Below are positions 1 to 9,367 of a stretch of 61,953 bases of DNA, piece by piece (the stretch's first letter is position 1; each line of letters starts with the position of its first letter). The notes below the pieces were generated by a model, which was not told the origin of the DNA, ran no database searches, and saw only the letters and a program-made list of their open reading frames with translations. Source of the stretch: a virus; the IMG/VR virus record IMGVR_UViG_3300045988_087611. One strand, given 5' to 3'. The position numbers and the translations under genes were made by a program.

Positions 1-99
1 GTTTTTTTTGCTGACAGTGTTTCCGAAAAAGAAAGTATTTCGGCCTGTTGACAAAAGTTTACCATCAGGAAGGAGTGAAATATATGCCCAAAAGTGCCA
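1..99. repeat. Terminal overlap copy 1 (identical to 61855-61953)
   Basis: Read directly: gttttttttgctgacagtgtttccg...aaaagtgcca occurs at both ends. It runs through the 3' end of the cro-like gene and the start of the next gene. Confidence 0.95.
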
Positions 100-563
100 C
101 GAAAGCCGCCCAAAACGTGTTCTACCTCGCACGGATGGAGGCGGCGACGTGCAACGACCGGCTGGCAAGCCGCGAGGGGGCATCTGAAGAGATTGGCATT
201 GACCGCACACGCCTGGCCCGAATCGAGCTTGGAAGCCTGACGCCGTATCCGGAAGAGGTGCTTCTTATGGCCGAGGCATACGGCGCCCCCCAGCTCACCA
301 ATCACTATTGTTCCACCTGTTGCCCTCTTGGGAAAGAAACCATCCCGCCATGTGAGCTCCTCCAGATCGACCGTCTCACTGTTCAAGTGCTGGATGCCAT
401 GCGCGGAGCCTCCTTCATTCAAGGAGCGATCCTGGACGTGGCCGGGGACGGGAAGGTGACGGCAGAAGAGATTCCCAAGCTGGAACGTGTCCGCGCCAGC
501 CTGGAGGAGATGGAGAAAGCCTCAATGGCGCTCCGCATCTGGATCGAGAAGTACATCAAATAG
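84..563 (+). CDS. XRE-type HTH protein of the early operon
   Basis: ORF 48..563. ATG at 84 follows AGGAGT. HTH-like segment EEIGIDRTRLARIELG. Confidence 0.55.
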   Translation: MPKSATKAAQNVFYLARMEAATCNDRLASREGASEEIGIDRTRLARIELGSLTPYPEEVLLMAEAYGAPQLTNHYCSTCCPLGKETIPPCELLQIDRLTVQVLDAMRGASFIQGAILDVAGDGKVTAEEIPKLERVRASLEEMEKASMALRIWIEKYIK

Positions 564-572
564 GAGGCACCT

Positions 573-782
573 ATGGAAGACGAAAGAAAGGAGAAGCAGC
601 CCTCCAGATTTGTGAAGGTACAAGATGTAATGAGCATCTGCGATTGTAGCGAGAGCCATGCCTACCGGATTATGAAGCAGCTCAACGATGAGCTGAAGAA
701 AAAGGGCTTCATTACAACGGCGGGCCGGGTGCCCAAAGGTTACTTCATGGAGCGGTTGCACATAGCCGATGCGATATTTTAA
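573..782 (+). CDS. Small HTH DNA-binding protein (excisionase/MerR-like)
   Basis: 69 aa. VKVQDVMSICDCSESHAYRIMKQLNDEL resembles excisionase-type HTH proteins of Firmicute mobile elements. Confidence 0.4.
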   Translation: MEDERKEKQPSRFVKVQDVMSICDCSESHAYRIMKQLNDELKKKGFITTAGRVPKGYFMERLHIADAIF

Positions 783-1422
783 GAAAACAGCCGTTGGGGT
801 GCTGGCCTTGGTTCTGCTCTCCGGCTTGGCCTGGAAACTGGAGCAACGTGCCAGCCAGTCGGCCGCCGATGCCGCACCTGTAACAGAGGCCTCGGTTCCC
901 CCGGTGGAAGTGATAGCTGTTGACCTTCTCTATCGGGAGGCCAGCCAGGAGCCAGACCCGGAGCCAACACCGGCCATCCCAATATACGACATTCCCCTCT
1001 CCGCCGAGCTCCAGACGTACACCTACCAGCGGTGCGAGGCCATGGGCCTGGTGGCCCCTGGGGTGGATTACCAGACCGTCCTCGCCCTGATGTCCAAGGA
1101 GAGCGGCTACACCGCTGACGCGGTGAGCGGCACCGGAGACTACGGGATTATGCAGATCAACACCGTCAACCATGAATGGCTCCGGGAGGAACTTGGGATC
1201 ACCGACTTTCTGGACGCAGAACAGAGCATCGACGCCGGCACGGAAATGCTGGCCCGCCTTTCCGAGAAGTACAGCGACCCCAACAAAGTGCTTATGGCCT
1301 ACAACATGGGCGAGGGCGGCGCCGCGAAGCTCTGGGCACAGGGCATCACTAGCAGCGAGTACAGCCGGGACATCATGGCCCGGCGGGCCGAAATTTTGGA
1401 AAGCGTAGGTGAAGATCCGTGA
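769..1422 (+). CDS. Membrane-anchored lytic transglycosylase (SLT domain)
   Basis: N-terminal hydrophobic helix VGVLALVLLSGLAW. SLT-like core LALMSKESGY...GDYGIMQIN...AYNMG. Confidence 0.8.
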   Translation: MRYFKKTAVGVLALVLLSGLAWKLEQRASQSAADAAPVTEASVPPVEVIAVDLLYREASQEPDPEPTPAIPIYDIPLSAELQTYTYQRCEAMGLVAPGVDYQTVLALMSKESGYTADAVSGTGDYGIMQINTVNHEWLREELGITDFLDAEQSIDAGTEMLARLSEKYSDPNKVLMAYNMGEGGAAKLWAQGITSSEYSRDIMARRAEILESVGEDP

Positions 1423-1979
1423 ACCCGATCCGCGCCGCCAGAAAGGCAAGCGGGCTCTCCCGGCGAAGGTTATCCGAGCTGACTGGAATACATGACCGGC
1501 AACTTTCAGACTATGAGCGCGGCCGCTACCGTCCGACTGGAGAACGTCTGGAGAAGTTGGCCCGGGTGCTCAATGTTGAGCCTTGTGCCATTGGCAGTCT
1601 GTTCCGGCGCAGCACCAACAGGGCGCACAGGACATATCGGGAAATCCCCACTGAAATCAGGGAGAAGGAGATTTTACAACTGGAGGGCCTGGCCCGCAAC
1701 ATCATCCGCTGGCATTCGGCGGCCGTTAGAGCGTCCGGCATTGACCGGGAAGACTTGCTCCAGGATTTGATGGTTGGCGCTATCATGGCCGTGGACGCAT
1801 TCAACCCTTCTGTCAGCTCCAATCTGGAGGGATACGCTTACAGAACCATGACCTTTCACCTATATCGAAGCGTCCGAAATAGCACCGTCAAGGGAATTGC
1901 AGATGTTCCGGCTGGGATAAACCCACGCATTTGTTCCTATGAAGCACTAACAGAGGCCGGCGTTCAGATCGCCGGATAG
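1419..1979 (+). CDS. Fusion of an XRE HTH with a sigma-70 region-2-like domain
   Basis: GTG start overlaps the upstream stop (GTGA). N-terminus GLSRRRLSELTGIHDRQLSDYERG. C-terminus EDLLQDLMVGAIMAVDAFNP...LEGYAYRTM resembles sigma region 2. No region 4 is seen. Confidence 0.5.
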   Translation: MNPIRAARKASGLSRRRLSELTGIHDRQLSDYERGRYRPTGERLEKLARVLNVEPCAIGSLFRRSTNRAHRTYREIPTEIREKEILQLEGLARNIIRWHSAAVRASGIDREDLLQDLMVGAIMAVDAFNPSVSSNLEGYAYRTMTFHLYRSVRNSTVKGIADVPAGINPRICSYEALTEAGVQIAG

Positions 1980-1991
1980 AAGGGAGAGTTT

Positions 1992-2117
1992 ATGTCAGTT
2001 TACAAAGAGTGCCCTTATTGCGGTGCCCACCTCGACCCCGGGGAGCGGTGCGACTGCAAGGAGGCAGAAGAGCGGCAGAATGCCGCCGGAAAGGAAAAGG
2101 AGGTTAAATCGGCATGA
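1992..2117 (+). CDS. 41-aa zinc-ribbon-like protein
   Basis: Not in the ORF track (<60 aa). RBS GGGAGAG precedes the ATG. MSVYKECPYCGAHLDPGERCDCKE has CxxC...CxC. ATGA overlap with the next gene. Confidence 0.5.
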   Translation: MSVYKECPYCGAHLDPGERCDCKEAEERQNAAGKEKEVKSA

Positions 2118-2476
2118 CGAACATTATCAAGGTCAAGTTCTTCAGAGGAAGCATCCCCGCCGGCCGGGAGTACACCTACTACACTCCGGAACCTGTGATG
2201 GTAGGCGATGTGGTCGATGTGGAAACCAAGATGGGCACCGCCCGTGCCATGGTAAGCCAGGTGGATGTCCCGGAATCCGAGATTGCTCCCTTCAAGTCCA
2301 GAGCCAAGAGCATCATCGGGAAGAGCAGCCTCCAGTGCGAGGGTTGTGACGAGTTCACTCCCATCGGTGAGGGCGACCACATCTGCGGAGCTGACCCCAC
2401 CAGAATGCCTGTGTCCGACTATGCACCGACCGAGGATTACTTCTGGTGTAAAGGGGCCCATTTCGTGGAGAGGTGA
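2114..2476 (+). CDS. Hypothetical protein
   Basis: 120-aa ORF translationally coupled to its neighbours. Confidence 0.5.
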   Translation: MTNIIKVKFFRGSIPAGREYTYYTPEPVMVGDVVDVETKMGTARAMVSQVDVPESEIAPFKSRAKSIIGKSSLQCEGCDEFTPIGEGDHICGADPTRMPVSDYAPTEDYFWCKGAHFVER

Positions 2477-2479
2477 CGC

Positions 2480-2812
2480 ATGAAGAGAAAGCTCTATCTC
2501 GGGCGCAGCGCCATTCTGGGGCTCCGCTTCGGGGCGTTTCTGCTGGGCATCGTAGCTGCCCTGGCTCTTGCCTATATTGGAATCCACACCTACCAGGCCC
2601 GCACAGGGCTCCCGGGAGGGGAACTCACCATCGCGCCGGCTTTTGCCCTGTTCTTCTATGTCGGCTGGACAGCGAAAGAAGGCAGTCTCCGGCGGAGAGC
2701 AGCCAAGCGCAGGGCGCAAAAAAAGACCGCCTCCGAAGAGGACGGCCTTCACGACACCAACAATATATCAGAGATTACCTCCAAATGTCAACCAAAGGAG
2801 TGTGTCAAATGA
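2480..2812 (+). CDS. Membrane protein (2 TM) with a basic tail
   Basis: Hydrophobic segments FGAFLLGIVAALALAYIGI and LTIAPAFALFFYVGW, then RRRAAKRRAQKK. Confidence 0.55.
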   Translation: MKRKLYLGRSAILGLRFGAFLLGIVAALALAYIGIHTYQARTGLPGGELTIAPAFALFFYVGWTAKEGSLRRRAAKRRAQKKTASEEDGLHDTNNISEITSKCQPKECVK

Positions 2813-4800
2813 GGATCAATACCCTTCATATCGAAAACTTCCAGGGCATTCGTGATGCAACTTTCGACCTGGGAGGCCACAGCGCCAGCATTTATGGGGA
2901 CAACGGGACGGGAAAGACCACTGTGTTCAATGCTATTACTTGGCTGCTCTTCGACCGGGCCAGCACCGGCGCCAAGAACTTCACCCCCAAGACCAGAGGG
3001 CCGGGTGGCGACCTTCACCACCTGGAGCACATGGCAGAGGCACAGTTCGTCTTGGACGACGGCCGCCTCGTCCAGCTCCGCAAGGTCTTCCATGAGAACT
3101 ACAAGAAGAAACGCGGCGCGGCCACGGCCGAGTTTGACGGCCACAGCATCGACTTCTACATTGACGGCGTCCCCGTCAAGGAAAAGGAGTACACGGCCAC
3201 CCTTCAGGCGCTCTGCGGCGGGGCCGAGAAGATGAAGATGCTCACCATGCCCAACTACTTCCCCGAGGAAATGGCCTGGGACGCCCGCCGGAAAATCCTC
3301 CTGGAAGTCTGCGGCGATGTTACCGACGGCGATGTGATTGCCGGCCACCCGGAGCTGGAGGAGCTGGACACCTATCTGCTCATGCCCGGCACCACGCGCC
3401 AGTTCTACTCGGTGGAAGAGTACAGGAAGGTTGCCGCGGCCCAGAAGACTGCTATCAATAAACAGCTCCAGGAAATCCCCGGCCGGATCGACGAGGCCCA
3501 GAGGGCCATCCCGGAGGTTGACGCCTCCCCCGAGGAGATCGCCGCGGAGCTGGAGCGCCTGGAGGCCCAGAGCCAGCAGATCACCCAGCGGAAGGCGACC
3601 ATTCTCGCCGGCAACACCGCCACCGCGGAGGCCCAGAAGAGGACGGCCGAGGCCGACGCAAAGGTGGCAGAGGCCAGAGCTGCCTATATCACCAACGCCT
3701 CCACCGTCAACGCCGGCACCAACGCCGCCATTGGTGAGGTGCAGCGCCAAATCGTGGCCGTCCGCAGCCGGCTCAATGCGGCCACGGCCGAAGCGGAGCG
3801 ACAGGAGGCCCTCGCTGAACGCATGGCGGCCCGCCGTAAGGAGCTCCTGGAGGAGTATAGCCGGATTCAGGCCGAATATTGGGATGAAGGGGAGGCCATC
3901 TGCCCTACCTGCCACCAGGCGCTTCCCGCCGATCAGGTGGAGGATATGCGCCAGCAGTTCAACATTCGGAAGAGCAACCGCCTCCAGGCCATCAACGAAA
4001 AGGGCCAGAAGGAGGCCAGCAAGGACATGATCGCGGCAGCCCAGCAGGCCGCCGGGGCCGAGCACCAGAAGGCGGAGGCGGCCGAGGTGGAGCTGAAGGG
4101 GCTGGAACAGCAGCTATCTACCCTCCAGGGAAAGCTCGCCCAGACGCCGCCCTTTGAGACCACCCAGGAATACCACGACCTGATGGAATATGCGGCCAAA
4201 TGCCGGGCCGAAGAGGCAGAGGCAGGCATGGACACCTCTGCCGCCCTGGAGGGCGTGAATAACGAGCTGGAGGCCGTGCAGAGCCGGGCCCGGGAGCTTC
4301 AGCGGAAGCGCAGCTTCTTGGCACAGGCCGAGACCCAGCGGAAGCGGATCGCCGAACTGGAGGCCAAGGAAAAAGACCTGTCCTGCCAGTATGAGGAGCT
4401 GGAGAAGGGCCTCTATCTGTGCGACCTCTTCATCAAGGCCAAGGTGGATATGCTGACCGAGCGAATCAACAGCAAGTTTAAGTCCGTCCGCTTCCGGCTT
4501 TTCCAGGAACAGGTGAACGGGGGCGTCAAGGACGATTGCGAAGTCCTGGTGCCCACAGCGGAAGGCGTCCTGGTGCCCTACACCTTCGCCAACAACGCCG
4601 CCCGCATCAATGCCGGCCTGGAGATCATCGGTGCCCTTTCTGCCCATTGGGGGCTGACGATGCCGGTCTTCATCGACAACGCCGAGAGCATCACCCACAT
4701 TACCTCGCTGCCGTCCCAAGTCGTGCGCCTGGTGGTATCCGAGGCAGACAGCCGGCTCCGCTTGGAGGTAGATGCGGCGGAAACCGTCGGCGCTGCCTAA
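2809..4800 (+). CDS. SMC/SbcC/RecF-like AAA ATPase with a long coiled coil
   Basis: Start chosen at MRINTLHIENFQG (ATGA overlap, RBS AAAGGAG). Walker A GDNGTGKT, Ala/Glu-rich coiled coil, CxxC hook-like ICPTCHQ, Walker B VFIDNAES. Confidence 0.8.
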   Translation: MRINTLHIENFQGIRDATFDLGGHSASIYGDNGTGKTTVFNAITWLLFDRASTGAKNFTPKTRGPGGDLHHLEHMAEAQFVLDDGRLVQLRKVFHENYKKKRGAATAEFDGHSIDFYIDGVPVKEKEYTATLQALCGGAEKMKMLTMPNYFPEEMAWDARRKILLEVCGDVTDGDVIAGHPELEELDTYLLMPGTTRQFYSVEEYRKVAAAQKTAINKQLQEIPGRIDEAQRAIPEVDASPEEIAAELERLEAQSQQITQRKATILAGNTATAEAQKRTAEADAKVAEARAAYITNASTVNAGTNAAIGEVQRQIVAVRSRLNAATAEAERQEALAERMAARRKELLEEYSRIQAEYWDEGEAICPTCHQALPADQVEDMRQQFNIRKSNRLQAINEKGQKEASKDMIAAAQQAAGAEHQKAEAAEVELKGLEQQLSTLQGKLAQTPPFETTQEYHDLMEYAAKCRAEEAEAGMDTSAALEGVNNELEAVQSRARELQRKRSFLAQAETQRKRIAELEAKEKDLSCQYEELEKGLYLCDLFIKAKVDMLTERINSKFKSVRFRLFQEQVNGGVKDDCEVLVPTAEGVLVPYTFANNAARINAGLEIIGALSAHWGLTMPVFIDNAESITHITSLPSQVVRLVVSEADSRLRLEVDAAETVGAA

Positions 4801-4844
4801 TTGAGCACAAGCCCACATTTTCATAATTTGAGGAGGAAATCAGC

Positions 4845-5951
4845 ATGGCAACCAATGAGACCAACACCGGAACCCTTCAGCCCAAGACCGACCAGGCCGT
4901 GGCGCCTCGTGGGAGCAACAGTGAGCGGTTCACCGCCAAGGTGATGAAGGAGTTCGGCAGCTCCGCCGGCGTCCCCCAGGTGACGGACTTCCAGCGGCAG
5001 CTTATCCAGGGTTACTTCATCAGCATTGACCGGGCCCTGAAGGCTGCGGAGGAGGAGCGCCTTCGTAAGAACGCCAACAACAAAGACCACAAGTACGACA
5101 ACGACCTCCCCGTGACCTGGGAGAATGTGAACCTCACCGACCTTGCCCTCGATGTCGTCCACTACGCCCGGATGGGGCTGGATATGATGCAGGACAACCA
5201 CCTTTTCCCCATCCCCTACAAGAATAACAAGGCCCAGAGGTACGATGTCACCCTCATGCCCGGCTATAACGGAATCCGGTATATCGCGGAGAAGTACGCC
5301 CTGGAGCCCCCCCTGGCCGTCACCGTGGAGCTGGTCTATTCTACGGACACCTTCGAGCCTATCAAGAAGGACGCCGCAAACCAGGTGGAGAGCTATCGGT
5401 TCATCATCAACCAGCCCTTCGACCGGGGTGCCGTGGTGGGTGGCTTCGGCTACATCGAGTACACAGACCCCCAGAAGAATGAGCTGGTCATTATGACGCT
5501 GCACGACATTGAGAAGCGCAAGCCGGCCTATGCCTCCCCCAACTTCTGGGGCGGCACCCAGAAGGTCTGGGAGAACGGGAAGCAGGTGGAGAAGCAGTCC
5601 GAGGGCTGGTTCGAGGAAATGTGCATTAAGACCATCAAACGTGAGATTTACAGCGCCAAGCACATTCCCCGCGACCCCAAGAAGATCGACGATGCCTATC
5701 AGTACATGAAAATGCGGGAGGCCCGGTTCGCAGAGATGGAGGCCCAGGCGGAGATCGACGCCAACGCCAACGGGGTGGTCATCGACACCACGCCCGCCTT
5801 CCCCTCGGAGCCGGCGGCGCTTACCGAAGGTGGAGGGGCCCATGCCATCCAGACAGATCCGAGAACCGGGGAGGTTAAAGAGCCTGTTCCCGCTGCCGGA
5901 GCCCCCCAGACCGAGGGGCAGCAGACCACGCTCGGAGGCCCTGATTTCTGA
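4845..5951 (+). CDS. recT: RecT-family single-strand annealing protein
   Basis: RecT-like core PIPYKNNKAQRYDVTLMPGYNGIRYIAEK...GGFGYIEY. It sits between the ATPase and an MBL nuclease. Confidence 0.75.
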   Translation: MATNETNTGTLQPKTDQAVAPRGSNSERFTAKVMKEFGSSAGVPQVTDFQRQLIQGYFISIDRALKAAEEERLRKNANNKDHKYDNDLPVTWENVNLTDLALDVVHYARMGLDMMQDNHLFPIPYKNNKAQRYDVTLMPGYNGIRYIAEKYALEPPLAVTVELVYSTDTFEPIKKDAANQVESYRFIINQPFDRGAVVGGFGYIEYTDPQKNELVIMTLHDIEKRKPAYASPNFWGGTQKVWENGKQVEKQSEGWFEEMCIKTIKREIYSAKHIPRDPKKIDDAYQYMKMREARFAEMEAQAEIDANANGVVIDTTPAFPSEPAALTEGGGAHAIQTDPRTGEVKEPVPAAGAPQTEGQQTTLGGPDF

Positions 5952-6652
5952 TGGAGGTTAAGGTTCTCGCGTCCGGCAGCAGCGGAAATGCTTACCGCAT
6001 AAGTGACGGAGAAACAGCCCTGCTGCTGGACGCGGGGATTCCCCTGAAGGCCATACAGGCCGGCCTCGGATTCAGAGTGCGGGACATCATGGGCTGCTTC
6101 GTCACACACGCGCACAAAGACCACAGCAAGGCTGCCAAAGACCTGGCCCGGCTGGGGGTAGACATCTACACCAGTAAGGGCACCGCGGACGCCTGCGGCC
6201 TCACGGGCCACCGCATAAAGGTCGTGCGGGCCCTGGAGGAGCTGGTGGTCGGCACCTTTAGGGTGCTTCCCTTCGATGTCCAGCACGACGCACCGGAGCC
6301 CCTGGGCTTCCTTTTCGCCAGCATGGTCACCGGGGAGAAGCTGCTCTACTTTACCGATACCTACTACCTCAAGTACAGGTTCCGGGGGCTCACCCACATC
6401 ATGGCGGAGTGCAACTACTCCGAGGAGGGAATCAGGAACAGCATTGCGGCCGGCTATGTCCCCGTCGAGCTGGTGCCGCGCCTGATGAAGAGCCACATGA
6501 GCCTGGAGCACCTGGTGGATATGCTCCGAGCCAATGACCTGGGGAGACTGCGGCAAATATATCTGATCCACCTGAGCCAGAACAACAGCAACGCCCAGCA
6601 AATGAAAGAGGAGATACAGCGGCAGACGGGGGCGGAGGTGTACGTCTGCTGA
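5951..6652 (+). CDS. Metallo-beta-lactamase-fold hydrolase (probable recombination exonuclease partner)
   Basis: HxHxDH-type motif FVTHAHKDH. ATGA-type coupling to recT. Confidence 0.75.
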   Translation: MEVKVLASGSSGNAYRISDGETALLLDAGIPLKAIQAGLGFRVRDIMGCFVTHAHKDHSKAAKDLARLGVDIYTSKGTADACGLTGHRIKVVRALEELVVGTFRVLPFDVQHDAPEPLGFLFASMVTGEKLLYFTDTYYLKYRFRGLTHIMAECNYSEEGIRNSIAAGYVPVELVPRLMKSHMSLEHLVDMLRANDLGRLRQIYLIHLSQNNSNAQQMKEEIQRQTGAEVYVC

Positions 6653-6671
6653 CTGGAGGAGGTGAGCAACA

Positions 6672-7514
6672 ATGGCATGGATCGAATCACATCAAGAGCT
6701 CTGGAGGCACCCAAAGACGAAGAAACTCGCCCGCCTCCTCCAAATATCCATCCCGACCGCTGTTGGACACCTTCACGGTCTGTGGTATTGGGCCATGGAT
6801 TTCGCCCAGGATGGAGACCTGTCTTCCTATGACGCCGAGGACATTGCTGACGCTGTAATGTGGGAAGGCGATGCGAAAAAATTCCTGGATGCGCTGGTAG
6901 AGGCCAGATATGCCGACGCCACCGAGCACGGCATCGTGATCCACGATTGGTACGATTACGCTGGCGGCCTACTGGAGAGCAAGGCCCGTAAGCGGGAGCA
7001 ATCCAGAATTCGCGTCCAGGAGTACCGCAGGCGGAAAAAGGAAGCAGCCGCCCATGAGGGAGAGGCCGATCCCTCCGGGCAGGATGAGCCTCCGCAGGGC
7101 CAAGGCCAGCCCGGTGAGAACAGGGCGCCTCCCGTTCCTTTCGCCAAGATCATGGAAGCCTATAACACCATCTGCACCAGCTTCAGCAAAATCGTGTCTA
7201 TCGACGGAAAGCGCCGGGACGCAGTTCGGGCCCGGTGGGGGGCTTACCCAAACCTGGAAACCTTCTTGGAGGTATTCAAAAAAGCCGAGGCAAGCGACTT
7301 TATGAAAGGTGCAAATGATAGAAACTGGATTGCAGATTTTGACTGGATGATGAAGGCCACCAATATGCAGAAAATCCTGGAAGGGAAATACGAGAACGGG
7401 AGGATGACCAATGGAACAGGTAGCAAGCATTCTGGGAGCGGCCCTGGAAGGGCGCCAGCCCCTCCGCCGGCCGGCACCAACGCCATCGGCGGATTCCACG
7501 TTGCCGAAGAATGA
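6672..7514 (+). CDS. Replisome organiser / DnaD-like replication protein
   Basis: N-terminus WIESHQELWRHPKTKKLARLL...LWYWAMDFA is typical of phage replisome organisers. It lies upstream of the helicase-loader gene. Confidence 0.55.
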   Translation: MAWIESHQELWRHPKTKKLARLLQISIPTAVGHLHGLWYWAMDFAQDGDLSSYDAEDIADAVMWEGDAKKFLDALVEARYADATEHGIVIHDWYDYAGGLLESKARKREQSRIRVQEYRRRKKEAAAHEGEADPSGQDEPPQGQGQPGENRAPPVPFAKIMEAYNTICTSFSKIVSIDGKRRDAVRARWGAYPNLETFLEVFKKAEASDFMKGANDRNWIADFDWMMKATNMQKILEGKYENGRMTNGTGSKHSGSGPGRAPAPPPAGTNAIGGFHVAEE

Positions 7515-7578
7515 GCGGCCAGATCCTGCGTGTACCGTCCGATCCGACGTGGCAAAAGAGCAGGGCTATATCTATAAC

Positions 7579-8436
7579 ATGGAGCCTCCGGAGCCGGAAA
7601 CGTGCCAGTTTTGTGGGAAAGTTCTCTATCACTACGGCGCTATTTTCCCAGGCCAAAAGCGCGTGTTCAGTTGGTTTTCCGAGGCCGAGCGGTGCGATTG
7701 CCAAGGTGCGCAGGAATACTGGGCCCGGGTAGAGGAAGAGAGAAGGGCCCAGGAAGCCGAGGAGAAGAAGCGCATACAGCAAGAGCTTATCCGCCGCCGG
7801 GTCGCAAAACTGCTGGCAGACAGCGGCATGGGGGGCAGATTTCAGACCCGCACCTTTGAGCGGTTCACTGTGAATGACGAAAACCGCCGGGCCTACAATG
7901 CTGCCAAGCGATATGCAGACAGCTTTTCCCTTATGATACCCCACAAAGACGATACCGGCCGCATAACACCGCCCCAAAAGGAGCGCAACGGCCTCTTCAT
8001 CAGCGGCACGAAGGGCACCGGAAAGACCCACCTAGCGGCCGCGATTGCCAATCAGCTTATCCAGGGCGGGGTTCCCGTTATCTGTATGACGATGATTGAC
8101 CTCCTCTCCCGAATCAAAGAAACCTTTGAAGGGGGAAAAGGCACTTCCGAGGCTGAAATCTTGCGGATTTACAAGGATGTTCCCCTTCTTATTATTGACG
8201 ACATTGGCACCGAACAGCCGACCGAATGGGGTCTTGCCAAAATTTACACTATCATCAATGCGAGATACGAGGGCTATATGCCCACCATCATCACCACCAA
8301 TTACTCCGGCGACGAGCTGATCCGGCGCATGACGCCGGCCACCGACGACGGGTACACAGCCGCCAAAACTATCGACCGCCTCCGGGAAATGTGCGCCGGC
8401 ATCGAAATGACCTGGGAGAGCTGGCGGCTTCGCTGA
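7579..8436 (+). CDS. DnaC/IstB-like AAA+ helicase loader
   Basis: Walker A GTKGTGKTHLA and Walker B LLIIDDIG. The start is uncertain: ORF opens at 7411, in-frame GTG at 7549, ATG at 7579. Confidence 0.75.
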   Translation: MEPPEPETCQFCGKVLYHYGAIFPGQKRVFSWFSEAERCDCQGAQEYWARVEEERRAQEAEEKKRIQQELIRRRVAKLLADSGMGGRFQTRTFERFTVNDENRRAYNAAKRYADSFSLMIPHKDDTGRITPPQKERNGLFISGTKGTGKTHLAAAIANQLIQGGVPVICMTMIDLLSRIKETFEGGKGTSEAEILRIYKDVPLLIIDDIGTEQPTEWGLAKIYTIINARYEGYMPTIITTNYSGDELIRRMTPATDDGYTAAKTIDRLREMCAGIEMTWESWRLR

Positions 8437-8447
8437 AGGAGGAGCAC

Positions 8448-8771
8448 ATGAAAAAGAGAAATTGTAGAAAGACCGAGGAGGAAAAAGCTGTGCATGATAG
8501 GGCTGTCAGTATTCGGAAAATGACCGATGCCCAAATCTGCGAGTTTATCGACCACACCTACCAGCGCGGGGTTGCCGAGGGCGCGGAGCTGGCCGCCAGC
8601 TCCAGTACCCAAGCTGCTGCTGATGGCGGCGCTTCAGCAAGAAAGTTTATCACCTTCCTGGAAGGGCGGGTCGGCTCTGGAAACCGCATCGGCAAGGGCA
8701 CTATCCTCTATTTGAGCCGGGAGCTGGAGGCCGCCCAGGCCGCTGGCCTCTTTTCGGAGGCAGCCCAATGA
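8448..8771 (+). CDS. Hypothetical protein
   Basis: ATG at 8448 after GGAGGAG, inside ORF 8226..8771. Confidence 0.45.
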   Translation: MKKRNCRKTEEEKAVHDRAVSIRKMTDAQICEFIDHTYQRGVAEGAELAASSSTQAAADGGASARKFITFLEGRVGSGNRIGKGTILYLSRELEAAQAAGLFSEAAQ

Positions 8772-9367
8772 GAAGCCGGTGGAATACATACGCCAACCGA
8801 GGGCGCCCCTTTGAAGAGCTGCTGAAGCTGGCAAGTTCCAGATACCAGGCCGCCGGCCAGGGCGTTGTCCGCAAGGTGCCGACCGAATTTCTCCCCATTC
8901 GGGACGCCCGCGGGGAGGTCGTGAGTTGCAAGGTTGAAGAGAAGAGCTGCGTCGATTTCCTGGGTAGGTTTTACAATATCCCGGTCGCAGTGGAGGCCAA
9001 GCACACCGACGACCGCCGGATTCGCTTTGATCGGGTGGAGCCACACCAAGCGGAATATATGGATGCCTGGTGCAAAAGCCCGGGATCTGTTGGCCTGGTG
9101 GCCGTCAGCTTCGGCATGAAGCGGTTCTTCGTCGTTCCGTGGAAGTTCTGGGAAGCGGCCCGGAGCGCATGGGCCGCCGGCGGCCCCCGGGGGGCATCTG
9201 TCCCCGTGAAGGGATATGGATGGTTCTGGGACACACCTGGGAAAGCAAGCGTTTCCCCGGAGGAGCTTCTCCCAGATTGGGAAATTAGTGCGGGCGGACG
9301 GTATGCCCTCCCTTACTTGGACATTATCGAGCGTATGGCAAAGGGGGCGCAGCATGGAACGGAATGA
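8768..9367 (+). CDS. recU: RecU-like Holliday junction resolvase
   Basis: VDFLGRFYNIPVAVEAKHTDDRRIRFDRVEPHQAEYM matches the RecU catalytic-core pattern. Confidence 0.7.
   Translation: MRSRWNTYANRGRPFEELLKLASSRYQAAGQGVVRKVPTEFLPIRDARGEVVSCKVEEKSCVDFLGRFYNIPVAVEAKHTDDRRIRFDRVEPHQAEYMDAWCKSPGSVGLVAVSFGMKRFFVVPWKFWEAARSAWAAGGPRGASVPVKGYGWFWDTPGKASVSPEELLPDWEISAGGRYALPYLDIIERMAKGAQHGTE

Noticed and set aside
2473-2808. N-terminal 112-aa extension of the SMC-like ATPase ORF (track start 2473).
   Set aside because: The extension overlaps the 2480-2812 membrane-protein gene in another frame and is Arg/Pro-rich. A good RBS and ATGA coupling support the start at 2809.
7411-7578. The upstream 56 codons of the DnaC-like ORF, which overlap the replisome-organiser gene by >100 nt.
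   Set aside because: Such a long same-strand overlap is unlikely. In-frame GTG 7549 or ATG 7579 are more plausible, but the true start remains uncertain.
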